Part shown: one piece after another, positions 45,764-55,619 of the stretch | Position numbering within the stretch: the stretch's first letter is position 1 | How the letters are laid out: each line of letters opens with the position of its first letter | NCBI GenBank assembly: GCA_041675325.1 | Contig: JBAYUG010000004.1 | Span: 15,759 to 79,758 of the forward strand | DNA from: Candidatus Kapaibacterium sp. | GTDB taxonomy: Bacteria; Bacteroidota; Ignavibacteria; Tepidaquicellales; Tepidaquicellaceae | Length of the DNA stretch: 64,000 nucleotides | Reading direction: 5' to 3' | Notes under the pieces: model-generated | What the model was told of the DNA's origin: nothing | Seen by the model: only the letters and a program-made list of their open reading frames with translations | Database searches by the model: none | Translations under genes and position numbers: made by a program

Positions 45764-46780
45764 ATGGACTTAAATATTATCTGGTTTATACTGGTTGGGA
45801 TTTTGCTTACTGGCTATGCTATCCTTGACGGATTCGATCTCGGTGTCGGTGCCTTACACCTGCTTACGAAGAGTGACCTGAACAGAAGGATATCAATTAA
45901 TTCTATCGGACCGGTATGGGATGGAAATGAAGTTTGGCTCGTAACAGGCGGAGGTGCTCTCTTTGCTGCGTTTCCGGATGTTTACGCAACAGTATTCTCT
46001 GGTTTCTATATTGCTTTTATGCTTCTCTTATTTTTTCTGATATTTCGTGCAGTTGCGATTGAATTCAGAAGCAAGCAGGAAAGTAAACAATGGCGGGTTT
46101 GGTGGGATAGAGCATTCAGCTTTTCAAGTATTTTAATAGCTTTATTGATGGGTGTTGCATTAGGAAACATAATCACTGGAATCTCTATTGGTCCGGATAA
46201 AGAATACATGGGTACTTTTCTTGAATTATTAAATCCCTATTCGATACTAGTTGGAATAACCACTGTCTCCTTGTTCATTATGCATGGTGCAATATATCTG
46301 GTTATGAAAACCGAAGGAGAACTGCAAATTCAAACAAAAAGCTGGGTTAATAATACGATTATTTTCTTTACCATTTGTTTTGTCACGACTACCATGGCGA
46401 CATTAATATATTATCCTGGTATGGTCTATCATTTTAAAGATTTTCCCCCGTTCTTTCTTCTGGCAATTATTACTATGCTTGCAATTGCGAATATACCCAG
46501 AGAAATTCATCTTGGCAGAGAGTTCAGAGCGTTTCTGTCATCTTCTGCAACAATCGCTTTGTTGCTGGTTTTATTTGCTGTAGGAATATTTCCAAACCTG
46601 GTTTTATCAAACCCTAATCCGGAATATAGTCTAAGCATTTACAACGCAGCATCATCACAGAAAACATTAATGATTATGCTTATAATGGCGATTATAGGAA
46701 TGCCTTTTGTGATAACTTATACGATAATAATTCAAAAAATATATAAAGGGAAAGTAAAAATTGATGAAATGAGTTATTAA
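45764..46780 (+). CDS. cydB: Cytochrome bd ubiquinol oxidase subunit II
   Basis: 338 aa. IWFILVGILLTGYAILDGFDLG is the typical CydB N-terminus. Confidence 0.92.
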   Translation: MDLNIIWFILVGILLTGYAILDGFDLGVGALHLLTKSDLNRRISINSIGPVWDGNEVWLVTGGGALFAAFPDVYATVFSGFYIAFMLLLFFLIFRAVAIEFRSKQESKQWRVWWDRAFSFSSILIALLMGVALGNIITGISIGPDKEYMGTFLELLNPYSILVGITTVSLFIMHGAIYLVMKTEGELQIQTKSWVNNTIIFFTICFVTTTMATLIYYPGMVYHFKDFPPFFLLAIITMLAIANIPREIHLGREFRAFLSSSATIALLLVLFAVGIFPNLVLSNPNPEYSLSIYNAASSQKTLMIMLIMAIIGMPFVITYTIIIQKIYKGKVKIDEMSY

Positions 46781-46839
46781 AACACACTCATCTAAACATT
46801 ATAAAAACCAACTTGAAGGGTAATCACTTTTAACTCTTT

Positions 46840-47865
46840 CTATTTGAACATTGCCTTTACTTTAAATGCATCCATATTTATAAACTCATTGTAAACCTTC
46901 AGCGCCTCCGGTGATGAATCAACCCGCATATTAGATATAGACCCGTCTGCATTATCAAAAGAAGAATGCCAGTAAGATATAGCTTTTACTCTCGGAAACT
47001 TTCCTCCAAGCACCGTTTCAAAGGCCTCTCTTATCCATTCCGCCTTTTTTCCTGCGCTCGGATCTTCGACAACTCCGAACTCCGCAATTGCTATCGGTTT
47101 TACTTTAGAAATCTTTTCCATTTCACGGTAGGCGTTTCTGAAGTAGGGAAAGAAATTTGCCCAGGGCCACCCTACTTTCTGTGAGCCATAAACGCTCATT
47201 CCTAACCAGTCAATATAATCGTCTCCCGGATAGTAAGATTGAAATCTGTTCCATTCAGCGTTAGGCTCTGAAACTGCATTCACATGATACATCCATGTTA
47301 AATTGTCCGCCCCCGCTTCTCTCATCAGCTCCACAACGTGTCTGTGTGCATCTTTGTACAAATCCGCACCTTCTTCTTCGAAATTAAATGTTCCGCTCCA
47401 GGGAAACCAGTTGCCGTTCATCTCAGGTGCAAATTCTACAAGTATAGGCTTACCGAATTTCTTTGCATCTTTTGCCCACTTTTCTAAATCTTCATCAAAG
47501 TCTCCGTTAGCAATTTTATCTAAACCATAAATTGCATCAGGTCTTCCCATTCCCCAGTCGCTTCGTGGCATTATTCGTATATATGGTATTGAGTTAAACC
47601 CTGCTACCGATTTCGCTTTATCCATTGGAAATTTTATTCCGTAAAACCAGCTGTTTGAAAAACATATCCATACAGGCTGCGCTCCAGTTATATTTAGGTA
47701 TTCCTGAATTCTTTCCGTTGTTAAGCTGTCTTCTGTATTTCCCATGTCTGGAAATATTCCTGCATATATACCACTTGTCGGTGGCACAAGTTTCTTTCCT
47801 TTCTGAGCTATGGATAAATTCGTGAGCGTAAGTATAAATAGAAACAAAATCAATAATCTAATCAT
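46840..47865 (-). CDS. Secreted glycoside hydrolase family 26-like enzyme
   Basis: I moved the start to ATG 47865 (signal peptide MIRLLILFLFILTLTNLSIAQ). Motifs EFAPEMNGNWFPW, YYPGDDYIDWLGMSVYG and IAIAEFG. Confidence 0.78.
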   Translation of the reverse strand: MIRLLILFLFILTLTNLSIAQKGKKLVPPTSGIYAGIFPDMGNTEDSLTTERIQEYLNITGAQPVWICFSNSWFYGIKFPMDKAKSVAGFNSIPYIRIMPRSDWGMGRPDAIYGLDKIANGDFDEDLEKWAKDAKKFGKPILVEFAPEMNGNWFPWSGTFNFEEEGADLYKDAHRHVVELMREAGADNLTWMYHVNAVSEPNAEWNRFQSYYPGDDYIDWLGMSVYGSQKVGWPWANFFPYFRNAYREMEKISKVKPIAIAEFGVVEDPSAGKKAEWIREAFETVLGGKFPRVKAISYWHSSFDNADGSISNMRVDSSPEALKVYNEFINMDAFKVKAMFK

Positions 47866-48673
47866 TGGTGTTCCTTGCCGTAAAGTTAAGAAAAGCGTCT
47901 GCACTGAAAACATTAAATATTATTTTTGATAAGTTGTAAAAAAAGTTTTTGTTGGATAGCGGATATGAAAAATTTATTCTTTTAACGTTCGTAAACCCGC
48001 TTTTGTTTAAAGTCTCGCTCAGCGATCTTGAAGTGAAAAAACTTCTGTGGTACAAAGGATGATTTCCACCCTTCCATTTTTTCCCGCTCATTCTAAACTT
48101 AATGCTGTTTAGATTCGGTACCTCAATCAATAGATACCCGTTCGGCGAAAGCAGTTCCTTCATCCTACTTAATTCAACTACAGGTTCCGTTATATGTTCC
48201 AAAACATGCCACATCGTTATCATGTCATATTTTTTTCCTTCGTTTATCAGGTCTTCTGTTGTTTTGTTGTAAACATTCAGTCCGAATTCATCTCTTGCAA
48301 AGTTTAACGCATTGTTTGAAACATCAATTCCTTCTCCTTGTAATCCCGCATCCTTACATGATTTTAAAAATAGCCCCGAACCGCATCCGATATCAAGTAA
48401 TTTGAAATTCTCTGAACCATTCACAATCTTCTTTATTAGCCCGGTACGCTGCTCGTTTATCTCATATATCTCTCTTAAATGAGCAAACGAAGAGTCTTCA
48501 CTGTAATCATCGCCTTTAAACTCAATTTGATAATAATCTTCATATATAATGCTCTCGTCAGGCGGGTTCAATAGAAATGTCAATCCGCAGGATTTGCATC
48601 GGACTACGAGAAATTCTTCCTCTTTAATCCTCAGTGTATTTTCCCTGCTTTTGCAGTTTGGACAAGGTCTCAA
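47858..48673 (-). CDS. Class I SAM-dependent methyltransferase with N-terminal zinc ribbon
   Basis: CPNC...CKSC, then LLDIGCGSGLF. Its stop overlaps the GH26 start by 8 nt. Confidence 0.82.
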   Translation of the reverse strand: MRPCPNCKSRENTLRIKEEEFLVVRCKSCGLTFLLNPPDESIIYEDYYQIEFKGDDYSEDSSFAHLREIYEINEQRTGLIKKIVNGSENFKLLDIGCGSGLFLKSCKDAGLQGEGIDVSNNALNFARDEFGLNVYNKTTEDLINEGKKYDMITMWHVLEHITEPVVELSRMKELLSPNGYLLIEVPNLNSIKFRMSGKKWKGGNHPLYHRSFFTSRSLSETLNKSGFTNVKRINFSYPLSNKNFFYNLSKIIFNVFSADAFLNFTARNTND

Positions 48674-48737
48674 TATAGATGAATTATTAAATTTCTTTGA
48701 TTCTAAAAATAGCTTATTTTATAAAAATAATTAATAT

Positions 48738-48947
48738 ATGATAGAAATAAAATTCAAGACAAACATTAATTGCAATCATTGTATTAGCAAGATTACCCCT
48801 GTTCTCGATTCAGATACCGGTATTAGTGAATGGAACGTCGATTTAAAGAGCGAGGATAAAATATTAACAGTGAAAGGTGAAAACCCTGATACAGGCAGGA
48901 TTATAGAATCTCTTTCGGGTGTGGGATATATTGCCGAGAAGGTATAA
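48738..48947 (+). CDS. Heavy-metal-associated (HMA) domain protein
   Basis: 69 aa. IEIKFKTNINCNHCISKI contains a CxxC in the HMA position. Confidence 0.68.
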   Translation: MIEIKFKTNINCNHCISKITPVLDSDTGISEWNVDLKSEDKILTVKGENPDTGRIIESLSGVGYIAEKV

Positions 48948-48948
48948 G

Positions 48949-49332
48949 TTAAATAAACCCTAACTCGTACTTTGCCTCTTCAGACATGTTGTCAAAGCTC
49001 CACGGAGGGTCAAAAGTTATTTCTACTCTTGCATCGTTTACCATTGGATGCTCTCTGAGTTTTTCCTGTACTTCTCCCGGCAGCGTTCCTGCTACTGGAC
49101 ATGCAGGGGAGGTTAACGTCATTACTACAAATACATCTCCGTTCGTTGCAAGATTAATATCATAAATTAAACCCAGGTCATAAATATTAACAGGGATCTC
49201 AGGGTCAAAACAGTTTTTCAGTACTTTTACAACCTCTTCTTTTAGTACTTCAAGGTCAACCGTCTTGCTTTCGCTTGCAGTATCTGTCTTTTTCTCTTCG
49301 TTATTTGTATTTTCTTCTTTCATATCTTCCAA
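48949..49332 (-). CDS. sufT: SUF Fe-S assembly protein (DUF59/SufT-like)
   Basis: CFDPEIPVNIYDLGLIYDI and TLTSPACPVAG. Confidence 0.82.
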   Translation of the reverse strand: MEDMKEENTNNEEKKTDTASESKTVDLEVLKEEVVKVLKNCFDPEIPVNIYDLGLIYDINLATNGDVFVVMTLTSPACPVAGTLPGEVQEKLREHPMVNDARVEITFDPPWSFDNMSEEAKYELGFI

Positions 49333-49347
49333 GTAAAATCCTCTGAT

Positions 49348-49773
49348 TTAATTGCTGTTTATACATTGTTCCGCACTTCTCTTCATAAACTTTATCATCG
49401 ATACAAGTCCGTTTGACCTCGTCGGTGAGAGATGCTCTTTCATACCTATCTTGTCTATAAATTCAAGTTTAGCATTTATTATGTCTTCGGGTTTCTTGTC
49501 TGATAATACTTTCACAAGCAGCCCTACCAGCCCCTTTGTTATTATTGCATCGCTGTCTGCGTCAAAATATAATTTCCCATCTTTATATTCAGTGTGCAGC
49601 CATACTTGTGAAACACATCCAGCAACCTTGTTCTCATCTGTTTTGTAAACCGGGTTCATTGGTTTCAGGCTCTTCCCGAAGTCTATTATATATTCATACT
49701 TATCTTCCCAATTATCAAAAAATGAAAAATCTTCTATTATTTCTGCTTCAGTCTTATCTATCGTGTTTTCCAT
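49348..49773 (-). CDS. sufE: Cysteine desulfuration protein SufE
   Basis: 141 aa with GCVSQVWL (persulfide-acceptor Cys). Confidence 0.88.
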   Translation of the reverse strand: MENTIDKTEAEIIEDFSFFDNWEDKYEYIIDFGKSLKPMNPVYKTDENKVAGCVSQVWLHTEYKDGKLYFDADSDAIITKGLVGLLVKVLSDKKPEDIINAKLEFIDKIGMKEHLSPTRSNGLVSMIKFMKRSAEQCINSN

Positions 49774-49776
49774 ACT

Positions 49777-50994
49777 TTATGATAACATTTTCTTTGCCTT
49801 TTTTACTCCGTCAACAAGTGCATCTATTTCACTTTTCGTATTATACATTCCAAACGATGCTCTTACCGTTCCGGGAATCCCCAGCCTATTCATTAATGGC
49901 TCTGCGCAATGGTGACCCGTCCTTACCGCAATTCCCTGCTTGTCAAGTATCGTCCCTACATCATAAGGATGTGTTCCATCTATTAAAAAGGAGATTACGC
50001 TCGCCTTATTCTTTGCATTGCCTATTAAACGAAACCCTTCAATTTCTTTTAACTTCTCCGTTCCGTAATTCAGAAGTTCCTTTTCATATTCTGCAATATT
50101 ATCCAGCCCTGCATTCTTCACGTATTCTAATGCTTCCGGTAAAACAATAGCTCCGCAAATATTTGGCGTGCCCGCTTCAAACTTATAAGGCAGCTCATTA
50201 TATGTGGTCTTTTCAAATGATACACTTTTTATCATATCACCGCCGCCCTGATAAGGATTCATCGCATTCAGTAATTCCTCTTTTCCGTAAAGCACACCTA
50301 TTCCTGTAGGACCGTAAACCTTATGTCCCGAAAAAGCAAAGAAATCCGCGTTAAGTTCCTGCACATCAACTTTCGTGTGTTGTACTGCCTGTGCCCCGTC
50401 TATCAATACTACCGCTCCTGTATCATGCGCAGCTTTAATAATTTCTATTACCGGATTCTTTGTGCCAAGTGCATTCGAGGTATGTCCTACCGCAACAATC
50501 TTTGTCTTTTCATTTAAAAGTTTTTTGTATTCGTCTATTAATAATTCACCGTCATCATTCACAGGTATCACTTTAAGCTTTGCATTCTTTCTCTCACAAA
50601 GCATCTGCCATGGTACTATGTTCGAATGATGTTCAAGGTATGAAACAATTATTTCATCACCTTCCTTTATAAACTTGTCTCCGTATCCGTTAGCTACAAG
50701 ATTTATCGCCTCAGTTGTTCCTCTTACAAATACTACTTCATTAGAAGTATTTGCATTAATAAATTCTGCAATCTTATTCCTTGAGTTCTCATACAAAGTT
50801 GTTGCACTGTCACTCAGAAAATGTACACCGCGGTGAACATTGCTGTTCTGCTCGGAGTAGTATCTTGCTATTGCATTAATAACCACTTGCGGCTTGTGTG
50901 TTGTCGCAGCATTATCAAGATAGATAAGGTCTTTTCCGTAAACCTTTTGTTTAAGTATTGGAAAATCTTTTCTTATTTTTTCAACGTCAATCAT
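49777..50994 (-). CDS. sufS: Cysteine desulfurase SufS
   Basis: 405 aa with FSGHKVYGPTGIG (PLP Lys) and RTGHHCAEP (catalytic Cys). Confidence 0.95.
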   Translation of the reverse strand: MIDVEKIRKDFPILKQKVYGKDLIYLDNAATTHKPQVVINAIARYYSEQNSNVHRGVHFLSDSATTLYENSRNKIAEFINANTSNEVVFVRGTTEAINLVANGYGDKFIKEGDEIIVSYLEHHSNIVPWQMLCERKNAKLKVIPVNDDGELLIDEYKKLLNEKTKIVAVGHTSNALGTKNPVIEIIKAAHDTGAVVLIDGAQAVQHTKVDVQELNADFFAFSGHKVYGPTGIGVLYGKEELLNAMNPYQGGGDMIKSVSFEKTTYNELPYKFEAGTPNICGAIVLPEALEYVKNAGLDNIAEYEKELLNYGTEKLKEIEGFRLIGNAKNKASVISFLIDGTHPYDVGTILDKQGIAVRTGHHCAEPLMNRLGIPGTVRASFGMYNTKSEIDALVDGVKKAKKMLS

Positions 50995-51027
50995 ATTATT
51001 TAATCATCTATATATCATTCAAAAATC

Positions 51028-52305
51028 TTAGCCGAGCTTTTTTTCTAACCTCTTTATCAGTAATTCTTTTAGTTCCTCATTTGCAACTTCATCTATTATT
51101 TCATGCACATAAGCCGAAAGCAATAATTTCTTTGCCTCTGACTCCGATATGCCTCTTGACCTTAAATAAAACACCTCGTCAGGATTTATCTGCCCCGTCG
51201 TTGCTCCGTGGCTGCATTTAACATCATCAGCAAATATTTCAAGCTGCGGTTTCGAGTTAATCGTTGCGTCATTTGAAAGAAGTATGTTAGTGTTAGTCTG
51301 GTATGCGTTTGTCTTTTGTGCATCCTGCCTCACCATTATCTTTCCGTTGAAAATCCCCGTTCCTTCCTCGTCCAGCAAGCCTTTATAAAATTCGTTGCTG
51401 TGGCTGTTTGGCTTTGCATGGTCTGCAAGTGTATGATTATCAATCAACTGCTTTCCCTTCACAAGATAAAACCCTCTGAAATAACAGTCGATTCCTTCTC
51501 CGTTTATCACAGAGTTCAAATTGTTTCTCAAAAGACTTCCGCCCCATGAAACAACCATTGAATAAAACCTGCTGTGATTTCTCTGCTCAACCTGCGTCGT
51601 TCCTATATGATAAGCTTCAGCACCTTCATTCTGTATTTTGTTGTGATGCAGCTCCGCATTTTCGCCAAGAAATATTTCTGTTACAGTGTTTGAAAATGAC
51701 GAGTGTTTCGAGTTTGCATAGAACACCTCGCTCACATCAGCTTTACCCCCTGTTTCAACAACTATGAGGTTTCTGTGGTTTGCAAATATGTCTTTGTCCG
51801 ATTCTTCTATAAAATTAATTATGACAACCGGCTTTTCAATTACGGCATTCTTAGGTACATACAAAAGAAGCCCGCTGTTTATCATTGATGTATTCAGTGC
51901 TGTGAACCCGTCTGCTTTATCGTTTGCATATTTGCCGAAATGCCCTTCAAAAACCTTTTCATGTCCCGATGCTATAGCATCAGCAAAACTTCCTATAAAA
52001 ATCTTATCATTCTTTTCGTGTATCTTTGAAAGCTCTTTTGCATACGTTCCGTTATAAACCACAACAATATTTGCATCGAATTTGTACTCATCAAGTTTTT
52101 CTATCTCAAGTTTTTTTATTCTTGGCTCTTTGTCTAACCTAAAATCTTTGTTTACAATCGTACTTACGTTTGTAAACCTCCACTCTTCATGGCTCTTCGT
52201 CGGAAACCCTGTCTGTTCAAGCGTAGCAAGTGCATCCTTTCGTTTGCTTTCCAGAGATTTCGAACCATGTTTTTTGCTTGTGTTTAATAATTCTTTTAAA
52301 CCCAT
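51028..52305 (-). CDS. sufD: Fe-S cluster assembly protein SufD
   Basis: 425 aa, in SufD position and pattern (KPQLEIFADDVKCSHGATTGQI). Confidence 0.92.
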   Translation of the reverse strand: MGLKELLNTSKKHGSKSLESKRKDALATLEQTGFPTKSHEEWRFTNVSTIVNKDFRLDKEPRIKKLEIEKLDEYKFDANIVVVYNGTYAKELSKIHEKNDKIFIGSFADAIASGHEKVFEGHFGKYANDKADGFTALNTSMINSGLLLYVPKNAVIEKPVVIINFIEESDKDIFANHRNLIVVETGGKADVSEVFYANSKHSSFSNTVTEIFLGENAELHHNKIQNEGAEAYHIGTTQVEQRNHSRFYSMVVSWGGSLLRNNLNSVINGEGIDCYFRGFYLVKGKQLIDNHTLADHAKPNSHSNEFYKGLLDEEGTGIFNGKIMVRQDAQKTNAYQTNTNILLSNDATINSKPQLEIFADDVKCSHGATTGQINPDEVFYLRSRGISESEAKKLLLSAYVHEIIDEVANEELKELLIKRLEKKLG

Positions 52306-52306
52306 T

Positions 52307-53059
52307 CTACGCCCCTATGCTTTCCTTAATCCAGTCGTAACCCACTTCTTCAAGCTTAAGCGCCAGATTCTTGTCTCCTGATTTCACTAACCTGCCATTA
52401 TATAAAACGTGCACAAAATCAGGAACTATGTATTCAAGCAGTCTTTGATAGTGTGTTATCACAACAAAAGCATTATCATTGCTTCTTAGTTTGTTGACAC
52501 CGTTCGCCACTATTTTCAAAGCATCAATATCCAGCCCCGAATCCGTCTCATCAAGTATTCCGAGCTTTGGCTCAAGCATTGCCATCTGAAAAATCTCGTT
52601 ACGCTTTTTCTCTCCGCCCGAAAAACCAACGTTCACATATCTCTTTGTCATTTCAACATCAAGCTCAACAAGTGCCGCCTTTTCCCTAAGTCTTTTCATG
52701 AATTCCTGTGCTTTCATCGGTTCAAGACCATTGTGCTTCCTTATTTCATTGATAGATGTTTTCATGAAATTTGTTGTGGATACCCCCGGTATTTCTATCG
52801 GATATTGGAACGCAAGAAATATTCCCTCTCTTGCTCTTTCCTCTGCTTCAATGTCTAACAAGTTCTTTCCGTTATAAATAACTTCGCCGTCCGTTACTTC
52901 ATATCCTTCGCGTCCGGCAAGTACCGATGCGAGCGTTGACTTTCCCGAGCCGTTAGGTCCCATGATTGCATGAACCTCACCCTTTTTAACTTCAAGGTCT
53001 ATTCCCTTTAAAATTTCTTTTCCTTCTACTTCTGCCTTTAATCCTTTAATTATTAACAT
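52307..53059 (-). CDS. sufC: Fe-S cluster assembly ATPase SufC
   Basis: 250 aa with GPNGSGKST, FSGGEKKRNEI and LDETDSGLD. Confidence 0.96.
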   Translation of the reverse strand: MLIIKGLKAEVEGKEILKGIDLEVKKGEVHAIMGPNGSGKSTLASVLAGREGYEVTDGEVIYNGKNLLDIEAEERAREGIFLAFQYPIEIPGVSTTNFMKTSINEIRKHNGLEPMKAQEFMKRLREKAALVELDVEMTKRYVNVGFSGGEKKRNEIFQMAMLEPKLGILDETDSGLDIDALKIVANGVNKLRSNDNAFVVITHYQRLLEYIVPDFVHVLYNGRLVKSGDKNLALKLEEVGYDWIKESIGA

Positions 53060-53254
53060 ATTTATTAATATTTATTATTTAGTTCTTCATTATATTTAAT
53101 TTTTTAATCTTCTGTGTTTTTGTCATCCCCGCGTGTTTTTGGCAGGGATTTAACCCCGTTTTCAATGTTTTTTATTTGCTTTTGTTACAAAATTTAAGTT
53201 TTGAGACAAACTCCGTGGTGAACGCCCTTTGCGGTTAAATATCCTTCTGTCTCT

Positions 53255-53298
53255 TATCCGCGTAAATCTGCTTCATCCGCGTTAATCCGTGTTCTATT
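53255..53298 (+). repeat. Module A copy inside the sufB-sufC intergenic gap
   Basis: tatccgcgtaaatctgcttcatccgcgttaatccgtgttctatt. Confidence 0.9.
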
Positions 53299-53356
53299 TT
53301 TGCATTGTGAACAACAATTCTAAGTTTCTTTCCGCAGCTATCAACTTTCACCCAAA

Positions 53357-54793
53357 TTACCCCACACTTCCTTCCAGCGATATCGCCAGAAGTTTTTGTG
53401 CCTCAACCGCAAACTCCATCGGCAATTGATTTAGCACTTCCTTCGCATAACCATTCACAATCAATGCAACTGCATCTTCCTCTGATATACCCCTTTGCTG
53501 GCAGTAAAACAAAATATCCTCACCTATCTTCGATGTTGTTGCTTCGTGCTCAACTATTGCATTCTTGTTTTTAATGTCAAAGTACGGAAATGTGTGAGCC
53601 CCGCACCTGTCTCCCATCAGCAGACTATCGCATTGCGAAAAGTTCCTCGCACCCTCCGCACCTTTCGCCACCTTAACAAGTCCTCTGTAGCTGTTCTGAC
53701 TCTTTCCAGCCGAAATACCCTTCGAAACAATCCTGCTCTTCGTGTTCTTCCCTATATGTATCATCTTCGTTCCCGTATCTGCTTGCTGCATGTTGTTTGT
53801 TAGTGCAACACTGTAAAACTCTCCTATAGAATTGTCGCCTTTTAAAATAACACTTGGATACTTCCATGTTATTGCGCTACCTGTTTCAACCTGCGTCCAG
53901 GATATCTTAGCATCTTTTCCGCAAATTCCTCTCTTCGTCACAAAATTGTATATTCCGCCCTTTCCGTTTTTGTCTCCCGGATACCAGTTCTGTACAGTGG
54001 AATATTTTATTTCTGCACCGTCCATCGCTATCAGTTCTACTATTGCGGCGTGAAGCTGGTTCTCATCTCTCATCGGAGCCGTGCACCCTTCTAAATATGA
54101 TACATACGCGCCTTCATCAGCTATTATCAGCGTTCTTTCAAACTGACCTGTATTAGCTGCGTTTATTCTAAAGTATGTTGAAAGCTCCATCGGACACCTC
54201 ACTCCTTTAGGTATGTAAACAAAAGAACCATCGCTGAATACAGCAGAATTCAAAGCACCAAAAAAGTTATCTGTATAAGGCACAACCGAACCAAGATATT
54301 TTCTCACAAGTTCTGGATGTTCCTTTATCGCGTCGCTTATCGAACTAAAAATTATTCCAAGGTCGCTCAGCTTTTCTCTATATGTCGTCATAACCGAAAC
54401 ACTGTCCATTACAGCATCAACCGCAACTCCTGCCAGAAACTGCTGTTCCAGAAGTGGAATGCCGAGTTTTTCATACGTTTCTTTAATCTTCGGGTCTAAA
54501 TCATCGAGAGAGTTCAGTTTGTTTTCTTTCTTCGGAGCTGCATAGTATATAACATCCTGATAATCAAATTTAGGATAGTGTACATTTGCCCATTTCGGTT
54601 CTTCCATCTTCAGCCAGTGCCTGTATGACTTCAATCTCCACTCAAGCATGAATTCTGGCTCGCCCTTTTTCTTAGAAATGAATTTGACAACGTCTTCATT
54701 CAGTCCCTTTGGAAGCGTTTCCATTTCAATATCGGTCGTGAATCCAAATTCGTAATCACTTCCTATTTTTTCCAGAATAATATCGTCACTCAT
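53357..54793 (-). CDS. sufB: Fe-S cluster assembly scaffold SufB
   Basis: 478 aa, highly conserved SufB pattern ([48 protein letters not shown]). Confidence 0.96.
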   Translation of the reverse strand: MSDDIILEKIGSDYEFGFTTDIEMETLPKGLNEDVVKFISKKKGEPEFMLEWRLKSYRHWLKMEEPKWANVHYPKFDYQDVIYYAAPKKENKLNSLDDLDPKIKETYEKLGIPLLEQQFLAGVAVDAVMDSVSVMTTYREKLSDLGIIFSSISDAIKEHPELVRKYLGSVVPYTDNFFGALNSAVFSDGSFVYIPKGVRCPMELSTYFRINAANTGQFERTLIIADEGAYVSYLEGCTAPMRDENQLHAAIVELIAMDGAEIKYSTVQNWYPGDKNGKGGIYNFVTKRGICGKDAKISWTQVETGSAITWKYPSVILKGDNSIGEFYSVALTNNMQQADTGTKMIHIGKNTKSRIVSKGISAGKSQNSYRGLVKVAKGAEGARNFSQCDSLLMGDRCGAHTFPYFDIKNKNAIVEHEATTSKIGEDILFYCQQRGISEEDAVALIVNGYAKEVLNQLPMEFAVEAQKLLAISLEGSVG

Positions 54794-54986
54794 ATGTATA
54801 TAACTTGTTTATTTTTCAGTATAATAGAAAACAGGACTATTTTAGTCCCATTTATAAATTTAAACCCCAACATCTCTCAAAAAGTTCATAAATATACCAA
54901 AATAAGCATAAAATTGTGTCTGTAAAATATTTATATTGTATTTTGCGACCTTTTGTACTCCAAAAGCGTCTTATATACAAACATTA

Positions 54987-55619
54987 ATGTTAATGTCTCT
55001 GGAGAATGAAAAATATATTGAGTTACTGAAACCCGTTTATAACGATTTACTTCGGTATTGCAAAGCAATGTTTAAAAACGGATGCTATGACGATGCCGAA
55101 GAACTGTTTCAAATTACTCTCGTAAAAAGTTATCGGAAAATCAATACGCTTTCAGATCATGCAAAATTTAAAAGCTGGATATTTACGATAGCGTCCCGGG
55201 AATTTATTTCTGTGCACAGAAATCATTTCTGGAAAAGATTTCTGCCCCTTGGTGAAGAATACAACGATAAGTTTGTTTATGAACTCTATGACAGAAGTGA
55301 CAACGACGATGACAAGAAAGTATTGTTAAACGCACTTTCAAAGCTTAATTACAAAGAGCGCTCTGCAATTTTACTCTTTGAAGTTGCAAACTTTTCAATC
55401 CGTGAAATACAGGAAATTCAGAACGATAAAAGCGAGTCTGCGGTAAAATCAAGACTTAGCAGGGTTCGTGATAAACTCAGAAAAGATATTCTTGAAAACA
55501 GCGGTAAAAACAATTTATTAACCGGTCTCGAAAAAGGAGATTTGCAAGATGAAACACTCAAAATTATTTCAGGAATCAGACGGAAAGGGGATGAAGCAAA
55601 TGGACAAGTACTGGGATAA
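54987..55619 (+). CDS. ECF-type sigma-70 family sigma factor
   Basis: Region 2 (KSWIFTIASREFISVHR) and region 4 (ERSAILLFEVANFSIREIQEI...AVKSRLSRVRDKL). The start is ATG 54987 or 54993; the track's 54936 start seems too far upstream. Confidence 0.8.
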   Translation: MLMSLENEKYIELLKPVYNDLLRYCKAMFKNGCYDDAEELFQITLVKSYRKINTLSDHAKFKSWIFTIASREFISVHRNHFWKRFLPLGEEYNDKFVYELYDRSDNDDDKKVLLNALSKLNYKERSAILLFEVANFSIREIQEIQNDKSESAVKSRLSRVRDKLRKDILENSGKNNLLTGLEKGDLQDETLKIISGIRRKGDEANGQVLG

